64,000 bases of DNA from a virus (lineage: Duplodnaviria; Heunggongvirae; Uroviricota; Caudoviricetes). Position numbers and translations under genes: made by a program. The notes beneath the pieces were generated by a model that saw only the letters and a list, made by a program, of their open reading frames with translations, was not told where the DNA came from and did not search any database. This document shows positions 42,489-51,197 of this stretch, one piece after another (position 1 is the first letter of the stretch; each line of letters begins with the position of its first letter). The stretch lies in the IMG/VR virus record IMGVR_UViG_3300042885_000900. One strand, given 5' to 3'.

Positions 42489-43235
42489 TTATTGTATTTC
42501 ATTTAAGGATAATGATTTATCAATGTACTCATTTTGAAAATTAAACAATTTTTCTAGGTATCCATTTCTTCTCAATACCTTGAAAACTAAATTTTCATTT
42601 GATAGTTCCCCACCTTTTTCTAGTCCTGAAGTTCTATACTTTTTTAACTTATCTTTATATCTATCTATCAATTTTTTTGCGTCGTCCAATGACTCATCTT
42701 TAGCGTTTTCGATAACATCATCTATGGTTTTCATCCATTCTTCCGATTTTATTTTAACTGATTGGGTATCAATTTCCACATTTTCTTTTTTTGGTTCGCT
42801 AACCCATTCATCAAATAATACAGAATATTCTCCACTACTAAAATGTTTTTCAACATCATCCTGAACATACAATTCAACATCATATCCATATATGGTGATA
42901 TTATGTTTATCGTTATATAAAGTTTTTTTTAATCTAAATAATTCTTCGTATAATGGTAATTCTTTTTCCGAAAATTGTTTAAAATCCACAATTATATGTA
43001 AATCCACATCGGAATATTTTGACCAATTAAAATTTGCCAATGAACCGGTCATTACCACATCGGAGACAATTATATCAACACCCAAAAAATCAATAAACTC
43101 ATAAGCAATTTCTAAAAGACGCTCCCTAACTTTAGGGTTTATCGTTTCTGTTTTATTTTCTTTTGAGTTCCAAAATTTAGGGTTTAATTTGTCCTGTAGT
43201 TTAAAACTTGATAATATACTTTTTAAATTACTCAT
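42489..43235 (-). CDS. Pol-beta superfamily nucleotidyltransferase
   Basis: TGSLANFNWSKYSDVDLH ... VELYV (GS-x-DxD motif). Confidence 0.8.
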   Translation of the reverse strand: MSNLKSILSSFKLQDKLNPKFWNSKENKTETINPKVRERLLEIAYEFIDFLGVDIIVSDVVMTGSLANFNWSKYSDVDLHIIVDFKQFSEKELPLYEELFRLKKTLYNDKHNITIYGYDVELYVQDDVEKHFSSGEYSVLFDEWVSEPKKENVEIDTQSVKIKSEEWMKTIDDVIENAKDESLDDAKKLIDRYKDKLKKYRTSGLEKGGELSNENLVFKVLRRNGYLEKLFNFQNEYIDKSLSLNEIQ

Positions 43236-43265
43236 TAACTATAAATACTTAATTATTTATAATTG

Positions 43266-43508
43266 TTACAATTTTTTGTATTTGAATACTTTTGAAATAT
43301 CTGTGGTAAAAAACTTACCCTGTGATTCAGCCATTCTAAATTTTGTATATACATTATGAGGAACAGCCTCATACTCGTATTTCATACCATTTTTAAATTC
43401 TGCTATTAATTTTTTAGTTTCTGTATCGTATTCAGTTTTTACGATATTTGTTGACTCAATTTCGTTAATAATTTTAGTCCCGTCTATTGTTTCTTTTTTT
43501 ATTGCCAT
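43266..43508 (-). CDS. KTSC-domain protein
   Basis: STNI....YD.....L...FKNG..YEY..VP..VY......SQGKFF. Confidence 0.85.
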   Translation of the reverse strand: MAIKKETIDGTKIINEIESTNIVKTEYDTETKKLIAEFKNGMKYEYEAVPHNVYTKFRMAESQGKFFTTDISKVFKYKKL

Positions 43509-43806
43509 TTTTTAAAGGTGTTTCTAAATCAATTATTTGTAATTTATTCATAAGATAATTGTTAAACTCATTATTATCAACATCACCGAAAAAACTTCTT
43601 AATTCTGAATAGACATTATCCCTTAATGTTGAGAATTTTTGAAAATTTCTCATAATATCATTTGGGTAATATGGTGGTTTTTTAATATCTTCATCTGACC
43701 AACCTTCTCGTTGGAAAGCCAACCTAAGATTCCTATAAGTCTCTATTAGTTCATTATCAATACCTAAAGCCTCAATATATTTTTTCCAAGCGTCTTTATA
43801 TTCCAT
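43474..43806 (-). CDS. hypothetical protein
   Basis: Likely start MEYKDAW at 43806 behind a TATTTAT motif; the longer called ORF overlaps the Clp gene antisense. Confidence 0.6.
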   Translation of the reverse strand: MEYKDAWKKYIEALGIDNELIETYRNLRLAFQREGWSDEDIKKPPYYPNDIMRNFQKFSTLRDNVYSELRSFFGDVDNNEFNNYLMNKLQIIDLETPLKNGNKKRNNRRD

Positions 43807-43918
43807 TTTTATAAATATATTCAAAAAATGTTTTGTTATTTCAAAAATAGGTATTACTTTTGTCCAATCATTTGAAATAATGAAATTAACCCTTATACTT
43901 AAATAAAACAAATTAATT

Positions 43919-45970
43919 ATGATAGAATCTATGGATGGTAACGAAGGAAGAGGTAAAAACACAAGTATTACCGAATCAGCAACACCAGTGTTGGACAATT
44001 TTAGTCGAGATTTAATAAAATTGGCTGAAGAAGGGAAATTAGACCCCGTTATTGGTAGAGAAAGTGAAATTACGAGAATCGCCCAAATTCTTTCTCGTAG
44101 AAAGAAAAATAACCCAATTATTATTGGAGAACCTGGTTGTGGTAAAACCGCCATCGTTGAGGGTCTGGCAATTAAAATCTACAATGGGGATTGTCCAAGA
44201 AATTTAATGGATAAAAGAATTGTATCGTTAGATATGATATCAATCGTTGCTGGAACAAAGTATCGTGGTCAATTTGAAGAACGAATGAAAATAATTATTG
44301 AAGAATTACAAAACGCACCAAATATCATCGTATTCATTGATGAGATTCATACCATCGTTGGTGCGGGAAATTCATCCGGGTCAATGGATGCGTCAAACAT
44401 CTTTAAACCAGCTCTTGCTCGTGGAGAAATCCAATGTGTTGGAGCAACAACATTAGATGAATATAGAAAAAACTTTGAAAAAGATGGAGCGTTAGAAAGA
44501 CGTTTTCAAAAAGTTGTTGTTGATTCACCAACCAAAGAAGAGACATTACTTATCTTGGAACAATCAAAAGAAAAATATGAATCTTACCACAAGGTTACCT
44601 ATTCCAATGAGATTTTAAATCTATGTGTTGATTTGGCGGAGAGATATATCACCGATAGAGAATTTCCGGACAAAGCGTTTGACATCCTTGATGAGGTTGG
44701 TGCAAGAAGTCAGGTGGAAATTAAGATGCCAGACTCAATAGAAAAGTTGAAACTCCAAGCGTCCGATATTAAACAACAAAAAATGGATGTTGTTAAACGA
44801 CAAGATTATGAGGAAGCTGCAAATCTTCGTGATAAAGAAAAGAGAGTGTTAAATAAACTTGAGTCTGAAAAGAAAAAGTTTGAAGAGGACCTTCTTACTA
44901 ATAAGAAAGAAATCACCATTGATTTGGTTTATGAGGTTGTATCCAACATCACCAAAATTCCAATCACCAAATTAAACTCTGATGAGACTAAATTATTATC
45001 CGAAATGGAAGGTAATTTATGTGATAAGGTTATTGGACAATCTGAAGCTGTTTCAAAAATTGCCAAGTCAATCAGAAGAAATAGAATCGGGATTAAAGAC
45101 CCAAACAAACCAATTGGTTCATTCATCTTTTTAGGGTCAACCGGTGTTGGTAAAACATATTTAGCAAAACAACTCGCCAAACAAATGTTCGGTAGTGAGG
45201 ATAATATGATTCGTGTGGATATGTCAGAATACCAAGAAAAACATACCATATCAAGATTAATCGGAGCACCTAGCGGATATGTTGGGTATGAAGATGGGGG
45301 ACAACTAACCGAACAGGTTAAAAATAAACCATATTCTGTTATTCTATTTGATGAGGTTGAGAAAGCTCATAAAGATATTTTCTCCACACTTCTTCAAGTA
45401 TTGGATGAAGGACACCTAACCGATAGTTTAGGGAAAAAAATCAATTTCAAAAATTGTGTGATTATTATGACCTCAAATGTCGGAGCAAAAAAATTACAAG
45501 ATTTTGGTTCAGGTGTTGGTTTTAAAACTGGGTCAAGTACCTATGTTGAGGAAGAATATCGTAGAGATGTTTTGAAAAAGGAATTAAAGAAATTCTTTAC
45601 TCCGGAATTCTTAAATCGTGTAGACGAGATTGTAATCTTTAATTCTTTAGTGAAAGAAGATGTTAAAAAAATTGTGAAATTAGAATTGGATATTCTAACT
45701 AAAAGATTAGTTGGAATGAAATACAACATCACTTTTGATGGTAGTGTTTTAGATTTAATATCTGATGTTGGATTTGATGAGACCTACGGAGCAAGACCGA
45801 TTAAACGAGCTATCCAAGACAAACTTGAGGATTTTGTATCAGAGGAGATTATAAAAGGAAATGTGGTTGAAAACACCCCATACACAATTATCTCTGTGGA
45901 TAAAGAAATTAAATTTCAAGAGGTTGTTGAAGTTGTGAAAAAGACAAGAAAGAAAAAGGGGGATGTATAA
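43919..45970 (+). CDS. clpC: ClpC/ClpA-type AAA+ chaperone lacking the N-terminal Clp-repeat domain
   Basis: LDPVIGR, GEPGCGKT, FIDEIH, UVR-like QDYEEAANLRD, GSTGVGKT, GVGF (ClpP-docking loop), YGARPI. Confidence 0.9.
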   Translation: MIESMDGNEGRGKNTSITESATPVLDNFSRDLIKLAEEGKLDPVIGRESEITRIAQILSRRKKNNPIIIGEPGCGKTAIVEGLAIKIYNGDCPRNLMDKRIVSLDMISIVAGTKYRGQFEERMKIIIEELQNAPNIIVFIDEIHTIVGAGNSSGSMDASNIFKPALARGEIQCVGATTLDEYRKNFEKDGALERRFQKVVVDSPTKEETLLILEQSKEKYESYHKVTYSNEILNLCVDLAERYITDREFPDKAFDILDEVGARSQVEIKMPDSIEKLKLQASDIKQQKMDVVKRQDYEEAANLRDKEKRVLNKLESEKKKFEEDLLTNKKEITIDLVYEVVSNITKIPITKLNSDETKLLSEMEGNLCDKVIGQSEAVSKIAKSIRRNRIGIKDPNKPIGSFIFLGSTGVGKTYLAKQLAKQMFGSEDNMIRVDMSEYQEKHTISRLIGAPSGYVGYEDGGQLTEQVKNKPYSVILFDEVEKAHKDIFSTLLQVLDEGHLTDSLGKKINFKNCVIIMTSNVGAKKLQDFGSGVGFKTGSSTYVEEEYRRDVLKKELKKFFTPEFLNRVDEIVIFNSLVKEDVKKIVKLELDILTKRLVGMKYNITFDGSVLDLISDVGFDETYGARPIKRAIQDKLEDFVSEEIIKGNVVENTPYTIISVDKEIKFQEVVEVVKKTRKKKGDV

Positions 45971-45995
45971 TCCCCCCTTTAAATACCAAAAAAAA

Positions 45996-46022
45996 TAACC
46001 CCACCTTTCGGAGGGGTTTTTT
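45996..46022. terminator. bidirectional terminator
   Basis: aacccc.cc-tttc-gg.ggggtt flanked by A/T tracts; second hairpin at 45955-45980. Confidence 0.65.
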
Positions 46023-46024
46023 AT

Positions 46025-46846
46025 TTAAAACTTATAAAAATATTTTGAATCCGTTTTATATAAATATTTTTTATATCCCAAATCCTGAATCATCTTTTTA
46101 CCGGTCTCTATTCCACTATAAACATCCTCAACAACCACATATTCATTTTTAGTGTGATAGTTGTAATAACCTATCGCAAAATTGATACAGGAGAAGTCAA
46201 AAATGTTTTTTAAAGCGTAAACATCGGTATAAGGATGTGATTGGTAATCGTGTCTACCCTGAAACCCCTCGTTTAACGCAACATCACAAATTTTAAAGAA
46301 CTCCCCATCTCTATCAAATAATTGAGTCCCCATACAAAATTCACTAACCATAACATTTCCTGGAGCATCAAACTGAATCCCATAACCAACATTCATAAAG
46401 AAGTCAGGGCTTGCTTTTTTGGACCCGTGACATCCGGTTTCTTCTGATACAAAGAATGCCGCCTTTAGATTTGGTAATTCTTTTAATAATTCCAAACAAG
46501 CATAAACACCACATTTATCATCACCACCAATTCCGGTTGGATGTCCAAAATGATTATAAGCCTTTAATGATGGTTTTTTTTGACCTTGTTCATTTAATAA
46601 AATTTCTTCAGTTACGATAATATTATCTAATGAATGAACGGTGTCTGTATGAGCAATAACACAAGGAAAATAATCAATAAATTCGTCTGTTTGTTTTATA
46701 GCGTAGATATTATTATGTTCATCCACATTGAAGGGAATCCCATTTTCCTCTAACCAATTGATTAGAAATTCTACCATAAGGTCTTCTTGATATGTTTTTG
46801 TCGGAACCGACAATACATCTTTTAATAATTGATAATTTCTTTCCAT
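46025..46846 (-). CDS. M20/M28-clan Zn peptidase
   Basis: AHTDTVH, GGDDKCG, EETG..GS, YHT..E. Confidence 0.8.
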   Translation of the reverse strand: MERNYQLLKDVLSVPTKTYQEDLMVEFLINWLEENGIPFNVDEHNNIYAIKQTDEFIDYFPCVIAHTDTVHSLDNIIVTEEILLNEQGQKKPSLKAYNHFGHPTGIGGDDKCGVYACLELLKELPNLKAAFFVSEETGCHGSKKASPDFFMNVGYGIQFDAPGNVMVSEFCMGTQLFDRDGEFFKICDVALNEGFQGRHDYQSHPYTDVYALKNIFDFSCINFAIGYYNYHTKNEYVVVEDVYSGIETGKKMIQDLGYKKYLYKTDSKYFYKF

Positions 46847-46887
46847 AGCACAAATATAGGGAAAATAATTAACATAAAAACATTATT

Positions 46888-48249
46888 TTAATTTATTCTA
46901 ACAAAACCCTCAAATAATTCGGGTGAAACTAAAAAGTTATTAAATTCTTCTTCGGTATAACTTCTACGAGCAACACCAGTTTTAGTGAAAACATCCATGT
47001 GTATTCTATTTGTTTCCGGGTCAATTTCTCTAAGAAAAAATTCTCTACCATATGAAGTTTTACTTCTAGTATTAATTGGGTATTTAGAGACAACTCTATC
47101 GTAGATATTTGAATATTCTAAAATATCCACATACTTATCAGATTCTTCTAATTCCTCAAGTATTTCATCTAATTCTTCACCTATTACGCGATTAAGTCGT
47201 TCTTCGTCAAAATCATTACATTGTATTTCATAACGATATTCATCCCATCCACCAGTGTTAAATGTGTGTCCGATATCTGTTAAAACACCATTGATATTTT
47301 TGGTGGGGTCTTGACTAATCTTAAACATTGACAATAAAAGTCCAACAGTGGTATAATAAGTTTCAAAACAATCTATGTTGATTAACCCATAATTTTGGAA
47401 AATTTCACAAAGTTCATCTTTAATTTCTTTTTTAGCCTTATCGTGACGACACCCATTTTCAAGGTCCACATATTCTTCTAACATACTTTCAACTTTACCT
47501 CCGAACATATCCATTAATTTTTTAGCAGCCTTTTCTTTGGTTTCCTCGCCATCTAACGAAATTAAATCAGGTGAAATATATTTTAAAATTTGTTTTAATT
47601 TACCCTTATTTTCATCTGAAAACCAACCGAAAAAATACCCCCCTTCCCAATCATCGGCGGCTACATTATAATCAACATAATCATATGTGTCGCCGTAATA
47701 TGAAAATAAACTATTAACATAATAAACATCATCTTCCTCAACATCAAATAATTTAACATAATCTTCTATATTGTCAAATCGTAATTTGATTGTGCTTTTA
47801 CCTGGATTTTTTTCGTTGTAATTAAATTTATAAACTAAATCGTCAGCACGTTCCATTTCATTAGATGACACCGGTTCACCATTCTTAATCTTAACCAATA
47901 ATTCATAAATTGGACTATAACCAATTATGGGTTCAAGTTCCGATTTAACTTCATTAGGTAACTCATAAAATAATTCTTTCCTATCAATAAGTCTATATCT
48001 CATAGCCTCACTGCCCAAATAAAGTATTTCATTATCGGGACCTTTATGAATAACATATATTTGGATAGGTTCTTTATCTTTATCAATAATAAAGTAAGTA
48101 TTTCCATCCCGAAATTCATCCCATTTAGATTTTATCGAAGGAGGAGCGTAATATATAAAAGAATCGTAATCCATTGGTTCAACAATTAACCAATCGTCAT
48201 TGTCAAATATTGTTTTAAATTCCCCGTGAGAGTCGTTTTTATCGGGCAT
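46888..48249 (-). CDS. hypothetical protein
   Basis: 453-aa acidic ORF. Confidence 0.7.
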   Translation of the reverse strand: MPDKNDSHGEFKTIFDNDDWLIVEPMDYDSFIYYAPPSIKSKWDEFRDGNTYFIIDKDKEPIQIYVIHKGPDNEILYLGSEAMRYRLIDRKELFYELPNEVKSELEPIIGYSPIYELLVKIKNGEPVSSNEMERADDLVYKFNYNEKNPGKSTIKLRFDNIEDYVKLFDVEEDDVYYVNSLFSYYGDTYDYVDYNVAADDWEGGYFFGWFSDENKGKLKQILKYISPDLISLDGEETKEKAAKKLMDMFGGKVESMLEEYVDLENGCRHDKAKKEIKDELCEIFQNYGLINIDCFETYYTTVGLLLSMFKISQDPTKNINGVLTDIGHTFNTGGWDEYRYEIQCNDFDEERLNRVIGEELDEILEELEESDKYVDILEYSNIYDRVVSKYPINTRSKTSYGREFFLREIDPETNRIHMDVFTKTGVARRSYTEEEFNNFLVSPELFEGFVRIN

Positions 48250-48281
48250 AGATATTTATTTTAATAATAAATATATTTTTA

Positions 48282-48312
48282 TTTGGAATTATCTAAAAAT
48301 GTATTATCTTTG
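48282..48312 (+). promoter_or_regulatory. Bacteroidota sigma-A-type promoter for tmRNA
   Basis: TTTG (48282-85), 19 nt spacer, TATCTTTG (48305-12). Confidence 0.75.
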
Positions 48313-48326
48313 TATCAGAATAATAA

Positions 48327-48737
48327 GGGGATGACCGGTATTGATTGGTATTATTAATTATTCGGGGCACGTAGTGAGATGTTCTCTATCACTTAAATCT
48401 ATGGGTAACAAAATTCTAAATGGCAACATTTTAAACAAAATGGCTCTAGTAGGTCTTGTACGTCAAGATGAGCTTGTGAACGTAGCGTAAGCAAACACAC
48501 ATTAGGGTCGGTGGACAGATACCCAGTAACAGGAGTCCAATAAGGTGTAATACCACCCGAAGATGTATTAGGAGTCTCGTTCAGGGAGCTACTTCAACAC
48601 AAGTGAACCCGACACAGTTATTGGTAACGATGTTAAAATAGGAACCAAATATTTGTCAGTTGAGAATTAATTGAATAAACGTGTAGTCCTTAATTTTTAA
48701 GGTAAACAAGAAAGGGGTTCGATTCCCCTCATCTCCA
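48327..48737 (+). ncRNA. ssrA: tmRNA
   Basis: 5' GGGGATG pairs with 3' CATCTCC-A giving a G3:U wobble; T-arm AGGGG TTCGATT CCCCT; internal tag ORF 48422-48490; smpB nearby; CCA not encoded. Confidence 0.92.
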
Positions 48738-48761
48738 CTGGTGAGTCCCATCACCTCCACA

Positions 48762-48833
48762 CAAAAAAGAGACCTAAATGGTCTCTTTTTTTATTGATAA
48801 TCACCAATAAAAAAACCACCCGAAGGTGGTTTG
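48762..48833. terminator. two terminators between tmRNA and the convergent gene
   Basis: aaaaaagagacc-taaat-ggtctctttttt and aaaccacc-cgaa-ggtggttt. Confidence 0.75.
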
Positions 48834-48856
48834 TTATCAGTTCAAATGTTTATTTT

Positions 48857-49201
48857 TTAATCTTTTAATACTTGTTTATCCCCAACCGGAGATGTAAATT
48901 TATTTGTTAATTTATCTAATCTTGAATCAAAAATTCTATATGTGTCGTTGATTGTCTTATTGATATACTGATTTATTTCAGTATGTAATCTATTAACCCT
49001 ATCAACCTCACCATCTATACGACGATTAAGAGTGTCTCCTTCTCTATTTATCTCATTAAAGATATGTCCTTGGACTTGTTCTAATTGCTTACATTTATTT
49101 TTTAATCTGTTAATCTGAATGCACATTATAACCATAACCACAACTCCCAGTACCCCGAGAACCAAACCTATACCCATAATGAACGATGTTAAATCTACCA
49201 T
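48857..49201 (-). CDS. membrane-anchored coiled-coil protein
   Basis: N-terminal hydrophobic helix. Confidence 0.65.
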   Translation of the reverse strand: MVDLTSFIMGIGLVLGVLGVVVMVIMCIQINRLKNKCKQLEQVQGHIFNEINREGDTLNRRIDGEVDRVNRLHTEINQYINKTINDTYRIFDSRLDKLTNKFTSPVGDKQVLKD

Positions 49202-49262
49202 AATTTCTTTTTTTTATTTGTTTATTATTGAACTGATGATTAAATATAATAAAAAAAAGGGA

Positions 49263-49700
49263 CTATTTCAAGTCCCTTTTCATATCTCTCTCTATGTCCC
49301 TCTCTTTAATTGAGAATCTTTTATCGTGTATTTTCTTCCCTTTGGCAAGAGCAATTTCCATTTTAATTAATCCGGTGTCGTTTATGAAGACGCGATAAGG
49401 AACGATTGTGGTACCGTTGATTAACTCATTCTCCAACTTAATAAGTTCTTTTCGTTTGGCTAATAGTTTTCTATCCTTTACGGTCTCGTGGAACGACCCA
49501 AACCCATAATCGGAGATGTTCATCCCCTTTATAAATAACTCCCCGTTATTAAAATAACAATACCCTTCAGAGATGGATACCTTCCCCTGACGAATGGACT
49601 TTACCTCTGAACCAACTAGTTTGATTCCAACAATTAGTGTCTGTAGGAATGAATACTCAAACTTGGCTTTCTTATTGACTATGTTTATTGATTTTTTCAT
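49263..49700 (-). CDS. smpB: SsrA-binding protein SmpB
   Basis: NKKAKFEY, GIKLVGSEVKSIR, RKLL..RKE, GKK.HDKR; ATG 49700 directly follows a TATCTTTG promoter. Confidence 0.95.
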   Translation of the reverse strand: MKKSINIVNKKAKFEYSFLQTLIVGIKLVGSEVKSIRQGKVSISEGYCYFNNGELFIKGMNISDYGFGSFHETVKDRKLLAKRKELIKLENELINGTTIVPYRVFINDTGLIKMEIALAKGKKIHDKRFSIKERDIERDMKRDLK

Positions 49701-49732
49701 AGGACAAAGATAATATAAAAATTGATATAAAC

Positions 49733-49767
49733 AAAAAAAGGTGATACAAATTAATGTACCACCTTCT
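49733..49767 (-). terminator. terminator closing the large ncRNA
   Basis: minus strand AAGGTGGTACA-TTAATT-TGTATCACCTTTTTTT. Confidence 0.7.
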
Positions 49768-49769
49768 TG

Positions 49770-50646
49770 GCTTAATACGATGAGAATACTCGTCTTATTG
49801 AGAATCTTCGGAAGGATTATTGTTTCCCTTCTTTTCCACATTCTTTTGGAATGTAATCCTCAGTGATAATTGGTTAGACCAATCACTCCTTGAGTCGCAA
49901 ACTACTCTCTTATTACTACACTCTCTTTAATCTTGCGAACTAATTAATCCTTGCGGGATTAGAGGTTTTTGGTAAGAATACACATCAACTTGCGGTTTTT
50001 GTGTGCTACGGACATCCCGTAACTAAGTAATCACCTATCATTTACGACTATCAGACACTTTTGCTTTTTTCTGTTTAGTTTTTCACCATATTGAAAATAG
50101 TAATTGTGTTGTGGATGTGTCGAAGAAGGGGTCTGATATAAGCTTTGTTATCTTTTGAACAACAAAATACTAACCTCCTCCGTGTAATGTCCCCATTACG
50201 AAATTTCAAGTGTAGTTCATATTAACATCTTGGTAGATGTTTGATAGGGATAAAATCGACACCACTCGTTCTTTATCTTACCTTTCGGTTTTAACTCAAC
50301 TCTAATTTTGGAACCCGCAATTACACATTTGGAAATATGTTTCTTACTTGATTCCTATGGGTTATTTTTATTGGTGTTCCCACCTCAACCGGACAATCCA
50401 CATTGCCAAGTTAGTATTCCATTTCCCTACGAAGTTATCCTCGGTACTACAGGACTACTAATATCCCACTTGCTTACTCGAGTTCGGTTTCCCAAACCAC
50501 AAAATCACTAACACAAATGATTTCATTTTATCCCCGTTTCCGGGATTATTTAAAGATGATAAGCCACCTATTATCTTTGATACAACACCGAAGTGTTATA
50601 ATGGATAATCTAAAATTTCTAAGAACGTCTTTAAGGTTTCCCTTAA
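49770..50646 (-). ncRNA. large ornate structured RNA (GOLLD-like candidate)
   Basis: ~0.87 kb with no credible ORF, own promoter and terminator, many GNRA/UUCG hairpins on the minus strand, adjacent to tRNA-like genes. Confidence 0.7.
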
Positions 50647-50654
50647 TTGTTTTA

Positions 50655-50684
50655 CAAAGGTAAGTGATTTTTTTCATTTGTCAA
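50655..50684 (-). promoter_or_regulatory. host-type promoter of the large ncRNA
   Basis: minus strand TTGACA ... TACCTTTG. Confidence 0.7.
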
Positions 50685-50711
50685 GCACTTTATAAAACTT
50701 TTTTTTTTCAG

Positions 50712-50802
50712 TGGTATCAACGGGACTCGAACCTGTGACACAGGGTTTTTCAAAACCCTTGCTCTACCAAGGGAAATAAATCTCCCACTGAGCTATAATA
50801 CC
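50712..50802 (-). tRNA. aberrant tRNA (Phe-like) with D-loop hairpin insertion and 8-nt anticodon loop
   Basis: GGTATTA/TGATACC acceptor, TAGCTCAGT..TGGTAGAGC D-arm, AGGGT-TTTGAAAA-ACCCT, GGTTCGAGTCC. Confidence 0.7.
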
Positions 50803-50810
50803 ATATAAAA

Positions 50811-50895
50811 TAATGTGGGTGTATGCTCTACCATCTGAGCTACGGATTTGAAACCGGAGGGATTTGAAACCTCGACACAACACCCACACCATTAC
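50811..50895 (-). ncRNA. circularly permuted tRNA-like element
   Basis: Order on minus strand: anticodon-stem 3' strand, variable GTGTC, T-arm, closed short acceptor, TAGCTCAGATGGTAGAGCA D-arm, anticodon-stem 5' strand. Confidence 0.65.
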
Positions 50896-50967
50896 TTCAA
50901 TGAACTTATTTTCTTCTACAAAGATAATACATTTATTTTAATCTGTCAAATATTTTTTGAAATTTTT

Positions 50968-51177
50968 TTAATTCATATTATCCAAGAACATTTCAATAAT
51001 CTCATCTTCCTCTTCATCTGTCCCTTCGGCTCCGTTAAGCCATTCTATGGTATCTACAGTGTAATCGTCCCAATTGTCCCAGAATGCGTGAATTGTAAAT
51101 CCTCTTCCATCCTCTGTTTGACCATCATAATCATAATTTGCTGAAGTTAAAATTTCACTCGAATAATTTATTTCCAT
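50968..51177 (-). CDS. small acidic hypothetical protein
   Basis: MEINYSSEIL...; the longer called start lies inside a tRNA-like gene. Confidence 0.55.
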   Translation of the reverse strand: MEINYSSEILTSANYDYDGQTEDGRGFTIHAFWDNWDDYTVDTIEWLNGAEGTDEEEDEIIEMFLDNMN

Positions 51178-51197
51178 TTTTACTTTTTTAATTTTTG

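Noticed and set aside
49770-50646. Group I/II intron or RNase P RNA
   Set aside because: No flanking exons, no recognisable group II domain V and no RNase P GAGGAAAGTCC motif; it has its own promoter and terminator.
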